Shown here in pieces: positions 42,501 through 53,604 of a stretch of 64,000 bases of DNA (position 1 is the first letter of the stretch; every line of letters begins with the position of its first letter). The position numbers and the translations under genes are program-made. The notes beneath the pieces were generated by a model. The model did not search any database. It had not been told where the DNA came from and worked only from the letters and a program-made list of their open reading frames with translations. Origin of the DNA: Balanoglossus misakiensis (lineage: Eukaryota > Animalia > Hemichordata); contig CM082581.2 in assembly GCA_040954595.2 (NCBI GenBank), positions 8,665,413-8,729,412 on the forward strand, in the 5' to 3' direction.

Positions 42501-45500
42501 AGAGTTGCAGCATTGATGACAGCGCTTGGACGGAATGCAGTGCACCCATAATGCAGTGCATCGGCCAGGAGAAGTCGACCCTCAGCATCTGTGTTGTCAA
42601 TCTTTTAAAAGGACAAAGAGTGACAAGAATATGAGTATGATTCAATGAGTATGGTTCAGCAGTAACTTTGGACCTACCCAGGTCGACTGTCTTGTGTGTT
42701 TTGCATGGTACAGATGGTATTATAACAATTTCTCTGTGCACCATACTCCTGATCAGATTCTGTTCCAGCTAGAAAAAAACTCCACAATCATTCACCTGTA
42801 TTGTCTTTCCATTCATCGCTGTAACAACATCCCCAGGTCTTGTCGCTTCCCCGTTGACCATGTTTTCGCACAGGGGTATCAGGCACACAACGTTGATTGG
42901 CAGCCTCAGAGACGCTATGGCAACAATCGATGCGGCAACCACAGCGGCCCCGCCCATGTCAGCTCTCATGAGGTCCATCTGCGCCGATGGCTTGATTGAA
43001 ATGCCCCCACTAAAAAATAATTTCAGAATGAACATTCACCCTGTCTGAAATTTTTTAACAGGCTGTACCCTGTCAACACCAAATTTTTGTAAAATCCAGT
43101 TGTTTACTTTGTCAGGTTTGTGAACAGTGTTGTTTATGAAACCCAGAAAAGGCGACAGTTGACAATTACTATCCATCTAACTTTTTTTTGACCACTCACC
43201 AGTCAAAAGTGACCCCTTTACCAACCAACACCAGTGGCTTGGCGTCTTTGTCACTACTGCCAGTGTACTTGATTTCAAGGAATACTGGCGGTTGGGAGGA
43301 ACCCTTGGTCACACTCAGGAAAGCAAACATCTTCTGCTCTTCAATCCATTCTTTGAATCTAAACACACACAAAAAATGAATGACACGGTTACATTGTGAA
43401 CAGATACGTGCAGACCTTATGAATCAATGGAGTATATACATACACACATAAATGACCTCGTAAATCTGTGAACACATACATGTGGGGTTGAAGGTACCAC
43501 TGACGCGTAAACGACAGACATCATACAATTACCGAACTGTTGTTTCAACATTTTCTAAGTCTTTGAGTCTGCCGACAGTCTGACTGGCGAATTCCACAGG
43601 TGGCAGTTTGTTGGCCGGCATCTCCATCAGTTTTCTGGCGAAGTTCTGAGAGTCTCCAAGTAAAATGCCTCTCTGCCACAAGTCAAGGCTGAGTACAGAT
43701 GAAATAAAACAAAGTAAATGGAATTTTCATATCAAGCAACTTCATCTGCGGCATTTGTGTAGATACGAAGCTTAATATTTCTGTTCGGCACCATGTAGAT
43801 TTCATTGCGTTTTGAACTGACCTGTCTTGGTCTCCATGGAGACTGAGATTGACGTGAGGTTTGCGTTTGGATTCTTGTTTCAGTTCATCATAAGTGAATA
43901 GTCCAAGAGATGCCCCCTCAGCTGCCGCTGTAACAACAGAGCAAATGACATTCCAATCATCATCAGGGATGAGCTAACCATTTTACCATGTATCAGATGA
44001 AGAAGAAGACACCTGCAAGACAATCTTATATTTTCAGGTGATGTCACCAGTAGATATCAGAACCGCATTCATTCCGACACCAACTCCTCACCCTGAGCGT
44101 CTGTGCACGGATCGATCTCCACATCCTTCACCGACACATCTCTCAGCTGTCTGGCGCCGGCCGCTGCAGCTGCTCGGATGCTTTCCTTGGCTTCATTGAC
44201 TTCTTCCAGGCTGTTGACTCCGGCAGATTGTTTACCAAGTCCCACCACGGCCACACTTGAATACTCCTTAAAATGTCAGAGGTTTGAAAATTTCTTTACG
44301 GCTGTTATTGATGCAGCTGCCCTAAATACGTTGGATATGGTACATCAATCATGGCAGTGTTAGTTGATATATAATTATGTATTTGTGTTGATTTCACATG
44401 ATTAACGAGTAGCAGTATGATTGATAGTTAGCACAATTAAATGTTTATGTTTGGTCGTGGGAGAGACTGGCCATAAGATTCACATCACCCCTGGGCCTTG
44501 CATTGCAGTCATACCTTATCCAGTCCATAGAACAGCCTACTCTTCCCTTGCTTCAGAGTGGGTCCAGATCTAGATGAGAAATGTAAACATCAATAACTTA
44601 ATAATTGTTGTGTCTTTGAATTGCATCAATTAATAGTGTATCTGTACAAGACATTTATAAACAGAGTTTTATGCATGGGATGCATAACACACTTTGTTCA
44701 AATTCGTTATTTTTAACAGTTTTCTGTTTACAAATTAAAGTTTCACACAGTGAACCATGCTGAAAGGGATATATTTATATAAACATAATATAATTACAAT
44801 TTTAATAATTCAGATAATTTCCCAGATGTCCGGTCATTGAAGTTCTCAGCACTCTTGGTGAAAATAATTCCATCTTCGTCCCCTTCTTTTTCATACACTC
44901 CAAGAACAACTCCTTTCTGTTAAAAAATCACACATTTTACCAAACTTTATGGCCTTAAACCTTTTCTTTTTTAGTTTTTCTCACTTTAACACTTTAATAG
45001 CCAGCTACTTGCAATTTACATTACACTCCCGGATTACACTGTATATATATTTGGATCCAACTATTAAAGGCCAAGTGACAATACAGGTTGGCAAGTTTGA
45101 CAAGAAATAAAAATAAAAACATTGGAACAAATACCAATTATTTGGAATTGGACGTTATTGTATTGTTCACACCAGAGCAATTGAAGTCTCACCCCACTCC
45201 TTTCAGGGAAAAACAATACCAGAGACTCATTATCATAACAATCAATTTATGCAAATTACCAAATGCCACTGGAGACAATTAATCACTGACGGCTTATGTT
45301 TATTTCGGGAAGGGAGGGGGGGGGAACTAAGGGGACTTGGTCGAGCCATGCTAAACGACCCTTTTGATCGGTGATCATCGATCCACCCGTCCATGATCGG
45401 ACTCCTCGTATACCTTTCCATCGCTTGCTGTAGCACATTGACGAACAAGTAGCCCTACTCGTCCGTTTCTTGGTAATTTCTTGGCAATATTTTGAAGACA

Positions 45501-45524
45501 CACGCCGACCATGGGCGCAGCCAT
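39585..45524 (-). CDS. LAP3: Leucine aminopeptidase, M17 family, with mitochondrial-type presequence
   Basis: 13 exons: 45524-45414, 44916-44798, 44569-44515, 44266-44092, 43927-43822, 43688-43533, 43358-43200, 43009-42796, 42601-42496, 42103-42024, 41253-41141, 39919-39789, 39643-39585. Motifs [48 protein letters not shown] and GRPTRTLVE are present. Confidence 0.96.
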
Positions 45525-45749
45525 TTTGAACATTGCAAAGCATGCTGGGTGACCCACAATTCTTTCACCAACCCGGAAGCTGTTGCCAAACTGAACGAAA
45601 ATCGGTGTTTTGTGGTCACAAACCCAGCTGATATCCCCCACACCCGGAAATGTCTTCAAATGTGTGATCTACATCTTAAGTATACGAAGAGGTCCAGCTA
45701 AAGGAGGCAAATCCACATCGTAGGTCGGGAACATCGATTTAATTCCCTG
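45525..45749. promoter_or_regulatory. Bidirectional promoter LAP3/ZDHHC16
   Basis: Divergent start codons about 225-300 bp apart. ETS-like CCGGAAG (about 45573) and CCGGAAA (about 45644). Locally CpG-rich. Confidence 0.65.
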
Positions 45750-48700
45750 ATGTTGACAGGGATTTTTTCAGTCCCTGGTTTTGCTGCCGTCCACATATTG
45801 ACTGTGCTGTCGATTTTCCCAGTGAGGATAATGACAGGCGTTTGCCGAAAAATGTATATTTACAAAGAAATGATCGGCCTTATAGCACGATCATTATTTC
45901 ACAATAGCTTCACGAATGGATCTCTGATTCTGGACACTGCAATGCAACCGATATTTTTCATTGTCGATAATGTTGTCAGACGAATGGGACCGGTGAGTAT
46001 ATCATGTTCATTCATGATCTCCAGGAGTTGAGTATGACCTTTTAAATGACCCTGGGAAATACTATTATGCCGGGCAGGCGGGGGGGGGGGGGGGGGGATG
46101 CTTCAATAAATTTTAATAGGTGTATAAAAGCCCCTCCTGTGACCTAAGAGCTATGTTGTGGTTGTGATTGATCGTGTGACAGTGACCTCTAATAATAAAT
46201 CAGTGCATGGCCACTAGCAAACATTTTTGTTCTGTTTTTCACAGGTATTTGTAACATTGGTTGTAGCCCTAACAACAACAGTGGTGATGATATTCTACAT
46301 CTACATCATGCCGTATGTCTTCACTTGTGGTCTGCACTGGATTCTGTTTCACTTAACCTTTGGGCATTGGTTGTTAATGAACATAATTTATAATTATTTC
46401 AAAGGCGTCTTCACGCCACCAGGATGCCCACCTCAGGTAAGTAAATGTAGTCAAACCAGTGAATGGAACCTGATAGAGTTAACCCTTTCACCCCCAGTTT
46501 CCTCTTTAGAGGTCCTACTTTACCATTGAAAATAATGGGTTTGGACCAAACCATGGCGGTGAAAGGGTTAAAATCAAGCGTAAATAAAATTAAAATCTTT
46601 TGTATTGGTAAAAATTTGCATTTATGTCGTTGATTTTTTGGGAATATTAAATGGAATAGATATCGCTTATGGGGCATGTATGTTTTAACTGACCAGCGGT
46701 GTAAGGTTTGCTGACAGGCCCGGGAATTTGCATCTCAACAATGAATAACAATGCCACAGAGCGGACAGCGTTTTGTTCGGGACTTGGCGTGTTTGTACAA
46801 TTGGTTCATGAAAGCTTGCATTCTTCACAGAAGTTCTCAAAAGAAGAGAGTCTAACACTATAGAAAGTTGACCTAAAACAAACATTTTTTGCGCAACTTT
46901 CACTCTGCTGTGTTATGCAAATCCCTTCATGTAGACACAGTTAGCTTTGGCGACTTCAAATGCACAGTTCACTGAGATGTCAATTAAGCTATATGAAATT
47001 GGCTGCTATTAACAACATACCATAAACAAAAGTTTCTTTACAAGTAGAATTGAAAGTACAGACTGTAATATTTTGAAAATCTTTTAAATCTTTTTTAGGG
47101 TAACCTTAAAGCGGTAGGAATCACCTCAGTCTGCAAAAAGTGTTTGTCACCGAAACCACCACGGACTCATCACTGCAGTGTGTGCAACCAGTGTGTTCTG
47201 AAAATGGACCACCACTGTCGTATCCTTTGATTCATGCAGAGTCACCAACATTATGTCCAAGTCTAGCGTATGGGCCTTAGTAGTTACGGTGGATACAATT
47301 GGAGTGTTCAGTTTTTCTAAGGCCACTAGTAAGATGTGACTAATCAAAGACTGTACACTTCCAGATGGGATTCTGTGTATCTATATGACAGGTTGTAACA
47401 TACCAGTATTACGTACAAGTATTTGCATTGTTCACTTATTGTCACTCTCAGCCACGCCCATTTGAAAATGATTTGTATGCTGGGGATCAGGCAATGTACA
47501 TTCTACACTGCAACAGTGTGTCATGGGACAAGGTTATGATGGGGTGAGGAGTTTCGATGAATACCTGAGATACCATTACCTAACAGAGAAGTCTCATTTC
47601 ACTTGGCATTTACAGACAAGTCAATCACCCTGTTGAACGTGTGTGTTTATCCCCGATAGTTAACTGCGTGACATACGAGACAGCTGACGGCAATAACCGC
47701 AGAAAGACATGTCACTGCTACCGACAACAGCACGGACTGCATGCATATTTCCCAAGGCGTGAATTCAGCTGTTAATTTCCTGGCTAATCTTGCGAGTCTA
47801 ATCTCCGTTTGACAAGACATTCCACCCACATCCTTTATTTAACGCGTTAATTTCCCCAAAGTCTTTACGGCAGACACCCAGAGGACTCGCGTGTCATAAA
47901 TGAACAGGCAGACATCCGTGGTGGTAGATGACAGCGGCCATAATTTACATTTTCCACGGCCTGCCAAAAAAACAGGAAATCCCGCGTAATTATTTTGATC
48001 TATTCCTTAACTACAGCCTTCCACAGCTTGGCTGAATAATTGTGTAGGCCACTACAACCATAGGTACTTTTTCCAGTTTTGCGTATTTATGTGGCTGGGC
48101 ACTGTGTACGTCAGTATATCGGTGTGGCCCTTATTTTATGAAGAATTTTTTGGAGATGTAAGTACAATTTTCTTTGCTGTCATACTTTCATTATGAAAGA
48201 AATGCTGTGGTTTGATTTTCGTGTTAGTTTCAGATAAAGATTGGTCAATCAAATGGCATGATTTACTTATAAAAATGCATCATTGTTATGTTAATTAAGC
48301 TCTATTGTTTCAAGCAAGGAAATTAAAATTTGTTTGGTAATACTGTATTAATTTCAATTTTCTGTTTAATTGCAGGGATTTCAGTACTTACAACAGGTGA
48401 GTACTATCTTTGATATTCATGAACAGTCAGCTTCAGGTTTGCAACTTTTGTCATCGGTAATCTGATGACGACACCAAGTTTGTTGATTGTTGGTTATTTT
48501 AATGTAAAATGTGATGTTGTAGTCTCCCATCCCTTATCCATGTACTGGTAGTCTTTTTTTTAACAGTGAACTGCTTGTACAGAATGTCAAAAAAACCTTG
48601 CTACCCCAGAGCTGTGCCATGCAAAGCTGTTTGATGGTTTTGATGAGCTGAGCCAAACGTGCGATATCCGCTTGCTATGAAATGGCGCTGTCCATGTTCG

Positions 48701-51700
48701 CCTCTCAGAAATACCGTCCAGATGCAGTATCTGCTAGATATTTCCCAGCATTAACACACTTTGAGCAGTTGTGCTGTTTTTGAAAAGTGCCAAAAGTGTC
48801 ACTAAGCCCTCTCCACTCCCTACTTTCTTGCACATGGATTCACCCACCCCATTGAAAACAATTGGACCAAACCAAAGTTTGCTTATGAAAGGTTTAAATT
48901 CCTTTTCAAGTTATTTGCATGTGTGTTGGAAAGCACTGGGGGAATAATTGATATTGATTGTATAAGTTACTTGACATGTTTTCATATAAATATTGTTCCG
49001 TAATGTTTAGTGCGTATGATCCAAGTGTATATACCCCTGGCAGGTTGGACTTGGTTTCTAGCCCATGTTCAAATGAAACTTCACCGAACCTGGAACTACG
49101 GATAGCCCCTGTGGTAGGAAATCACCTGTCTGACACAGGATGGCAGAATGATCACTTGCACTTGTGCTCATATGGTTCTGTATTTTTGCGGTCAAAACAG
49201 TGTAATATGCTATCACCCAGTCCATTGAAATATTTGTGACTGCAGGGTAAGAACACTTGGCTCATGGGCACGATTAGAAACAGAACAAAAAGTTGCCCGT
49301 AATATTACGTGTGTTTTAGGTAATCAATAATGGCTAAATTGTACCAGATAATTGTAAATGCTAGTTTTTTTTTCTTTTTTATTCCGAAGATATCTACATA
49401 CAATTGTTCACACTGACCTTGTATTGTAATCTAACCCCTATTTCTTCGGTGTTAATGCATGCAAGTAGCAAGTTGGTTGCAATATGGAATCTACCTCGTC
49501 AGGCAGATTGCATGTACAGTATCCACAAAGCTTTTCCCCTGAAAACCAGGCTACATCATCCTCTACTGAATGTCTTTGTTTTCGACTCAGCTTTTTTCGT
49601 AGTTGTATCTTCTAAGGCTCACATGCTGCTATTGTAACAGAAAGCGCAAGTCTTATAATGATATCAGAAAAAAAATGGTCATTGCCAGACTCCGAACAGC
49701 AGGGAAGTTTGACTCATCATGAGTGGAAAATTTCACGCATTTGTCGGCTTTTAACACAGTAGCGACTGCCCTCCGATCTGCCAGATGAGTTTAGTCATAG
49801 ACACAGTAGAAAGGTCTATGGTTTTTAATAGTCGAGGTTGTAGTCTGTCTTTAGAGGTGGTTGAAGCTTTGTAAGAGTAAAACTCCCCTATCTTGTGTGT
49901 GACTAAAAGTAAAACCAGTTCAGCTACAAAGGCTGGCTTTCTCTGTGCTATTTCTGGCAAATTGTAACGTGCTCTAATTGACTACCACTCTCTCCCGGCT
50001 TCTTAAACGGCTCCGCAGGCTCTGGCATTCTGGCAGACTTTTCAGCACCCAGGAGGTCTTCTGCATGGAGTTTGGCATTTGAATCCCGTCCCAAAACATC
50101 ACGCACTCGAGGTATCCCCATTTTGTCTCTATTTTTTTTTTCTGTTTCAGACAAGCCTATACACATGGGAAGGTCGCATCACTTTCCATTTGGTATTAAT
50201 ATGAACATTGACTTTAGCTCAGCTCACACTGACCAGTTTATTTAATAAATTTAGCCTCTTTTATTGTTTTGCTGGATTACCCAAGGAAAGATTCCGGGAA
50301 TCTAGTCGATGCCTTATCACAGAAATACAAAACAACTGGCAAACTGTGATCTGAATGATAGCCGATTCTGTGATACTGCATTGCTCTTGATTACACATGT
50401 CACAAACACACCAGGCAAAGTCATCTTCACAGGATTATTCCACAGTCCCTACTACATCTTAAAGTCATTCGCATCAACACACTCATCGACACATTTGCCA
50501 GTTGCTCCTGTAGCCTCCCAAATTCAACCCCGTACCTACCCGATTTTAATTCCTCTCAGTTCTGTGATTTTTGTATTTGTAGCTGCTTGTTGGCTGATCC
50601 CGCAGTTATTTGCTGTGCTTATGAAAAAAGTTTGTCTGTTGTGGGTATTTTTAGTTTCGTGTACAACATACATGTACTGTACTCTGACTGAGCAAAACAT
50701 GGCAATATTCAGACACATAGTACTGTGCAGTACACAGTACAGTCTTACACCATTACATGAGCATATAAATAACAACATACATGTACATATTGCACCCATC
50801 CCTGCAAATCATAGCATCTCTCTTGTTAATGAAACTAGTAAAAGATGATAATTTCAACACTTAGTAACGACTATCCACTTTCTCTTGGAACATTTTCATT
50901 CTATATTTCGTAAAACTATAATAGAAATAATCAACACTTGACTGTTTTGCATGAAATTATTATTTCTTATTGTTACAGAAATGGTGTGGGTCGAATCAGT
51001 TAACTTGTGAACCATATTTTCTGTTGTCAGACTGTATAGTGTATAAAGTTATTCCATTGCTGTTTACCATGTCATTCCTTTTTTCATTTGTGGGTGTCAT
51101 TGTTACATAGATGGTCTTTTTTCTTATATAGCAATGTTATTATCGCTATTAATGTAATTTTTCTCTCCATTGCTTGCAGTAGACGTGTACTTTCCTCTCA
51201 AAGCTTTCATTGTGTTATAATTACTCTACCATTTTTTTTTCTATCTTTCCTAGCCTGGTGCCCCTTGTTGCATATTTCAGTCAAATTCAATTTTATGGCG
51301 CATATGTGTGTGGTGTTTGATAAACATGTATCCAAGCTGTGATGTCGATTTATCCTGTATAAAAATCATCCCTGTGCAATACCATTCCATTTATTCCCCC
51401 CCCCCCATTTTCCCCGTTTGTCTGTGTGATATAAGCCTACATTTGGTCTTTTTGTACCCTGACCCATGTGACCTATGACATCATATTCATTATGATGTCA
51501 TAAGGAACATGATGAAATTCTGGAGGACACAGAATAACTCCTCCTAAGGCTAGCACGTTGTTTTCAAATATAAGCAGCAGGTGTATGAAACCGATTGCCC
51601 AAAAATTTAACTCCAGTAGATCCTAGGCAAACATTAATCCAGATATAGTCCCAAACATTCAAAACAAGACGAAGCTATCACTCATTTCTATTACACTATA

Positions 51701-53604
51701 GATTAGCGGTCTTAGTGGTATTATTCTCGTTCATCTACTTAGACTAATGGGGAAAACATTATTATAGGTTTTAATGTTTAATCCTGCAGTATTATGAGTG
51801 CAGTTTTAATGAATAATTACACATATACCATATTATGAGTGTAGTTAAGGAATTACACATGCCATAATTACACCATTCTCATATATCATCTCCTTACCAC
51901 AAAAGGAACCTCCAAACAACTTAAAAGCACTTGCACATTAAACAAATTGCTAATACTCCACAAAGAGAGATGTACACCCTGATAAAATTCATAATAATTT
52001 ACCACTGATGCATTTAACTGTCAGACATGTAGAGCCTATAATTTTATAAATTTGCAGTAGGCAATCGTATTTTTATCGACTTTGTTGTATTTTTGTTCTG
52101 TGAAAGTAGAGTCGTATATTTTCTGCTGAGAGGGAAGTTGACAGCTAGACAGAGTATTGGCAGTTTTTCCAACACTCCACTGAAAAAAAAAAATTCACGA
52201 AATTTTTGTTGGATAAAATCACAGTCACTCCATTAAAAATCATGGTGCACAATGTGTCGTCAAAATGCTGTGTATGGATCTCCGAGTCATATAATTAAAA
52301 TAAATTCCTTTTCATGCTGTTTCCAAACAGGTACATTCCAACGATGATGGAGGGGAGCACAGGCACACCACGGACTTCGGCCGGACATTCCACAACTGCA
52401 TCCTGCTGGAGTTTTTCCTTTGCTCCGGCGTTGTGGTGGCCCTGGGCGCTCTGACTCTGTGGCACTCAAGGCTCATCACACGAGGTGAAACCAGCATAGA
52501 GGCACACATCAATAGGAGTGAAACGAATAGGCTGAGAAAAGTAGGCCTGGTAAGTAGGCAGTAAAGTGGCTCGTGAGATCTATGGTCATGTTTGTTATGT
52601 GTGTGATGCCACTGATCATGCTTTCTTTCTGTGCAGGTATATAAAAATCCGTACAACTTTGGTCCTTTGGAAAATTGGAGGATATTTCTAGGATTGAACA
52701 AGGAGAGGTAAGTCAGCATTTTTTGTTTCTTTTGGAGGAAGTGTGGAATTAGGGACCTGTATACTGTGTTTGTGTTTGTTTGTTTGTTTGTTTGTGTGTG
52801 TGCGTGTGTGTATAATCCAGACAAGACCGAAAATTAAAATACTTTCAAGGTTAGCATACGTAGAGAATGCCATGGCTTACAGTATGCACATTCAGGCCCC
52901 ATCAGGCCTTTAAATGCATAGCGTTAGTGTGCAATGGCCATTCTGTGACATTGATGCCTGTATTGCTTGCAACAGGCACCGCCCCTACCAGTACATGTAC
53001 ATGTATATGTACATGTAACTACACTTCTGTAAGTCATTCTGCAGCACCCAAAGCAATCCACGCTGTGCTGTTTGCTACCACTGCTGGCGTTTCCTTGTCC
53101 TCCACAGCAGTCATGCTGCAAAACACATGCTCCACCAGTACCACTCCCACTCACCTGCATTTGCCACCTGCCGCTCTCACAAGCTGTCGTACTAAACCCA
53201 TCCTAAACATCACTACACTTCTTCCGAAATGGAAATCTTTGTGATATTTTGCTGTCACATGCTTGTGGTTCCACCCATGCCTTTTGAAAAACAGTAGGTT
53301 AAACCACACCCTAGTGGGAAATCGGGGGATGTACTCAGCTCAACCTGTAATTCTGCCAAAGTTTATCTGGAAAGCCGTAGAAAAGTGCTGCAAAACCTGC
53401 TCTGTTTATTATTCAGATATCACGTTTTGATTGATATGAAGAGAGGGTTAAACCCCTGTGAAATCTTTTTTTTATTTCCTCTGTAGGACACTTTGGCGAC
53501 ACATATTATTTCCATCGTCACATTCACCAAACGGTGCTGGTCTCCATTGGCAGACAGCCAGCCAAAACATCCATGTAACTTATGAAACCGAGGGCACTAG
53601 TTGA
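45750..53604 (+). CDS. ZDHHC16: Palmitoyltransferase ZDHHC16, proximal-terminal-exon isoform
   Basis: Exons 45750 (or ATG 45831) to 45992, 46245-46436, 47099-47219, 48027-48157, 48376-48396, 52331-52549, 52637-52707, 53487-53604. Motifs: RSLFHNSF...[106 protein letters not shown]. Confidence 0.94.
46479..46571. mobile_element. Non-autonomous piggyBac-like MITE (about 85 bp plus TTAA target duplications)
   Basis: TTAA-CCCTTTCACC...GGTGAAAGGG-TTAA: perfect 10-bp terminal inverted repeats starting CCC and flanked by TTAA. Related copies occur elsewhere in the window. Confidence 0.75.
47220..48026 (+). other. U12-type GT-AG intron splitting DHHC-P in ZDHHC16
   Basis: Donor GTATCCTTT at 47220. 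Perfect branch site TTCCTTAAC at 48003-48011. Only the AG at 48025-48026 restores DHHCPWLNNC. Confidence 0.95.
48803..48898. mobile_element. Degenerate copy of the ~90-bp MITE family
   Basis: CCATTGAAAACAATTGGACCAAACCA...TGAAAGGTTTAA resembles the right half of the 46479 copy. Confidence 0.5.

Noticed and set aside
48684-48704. REST/NRSE-like sequence
   Set aside because: Only the right half-site matches.
49751-50166. Two adjacent minus-strand ORFs inside the ZDHHC16 intron
   Set aside because: No recognisable domain, splice structure or transposon similarity.
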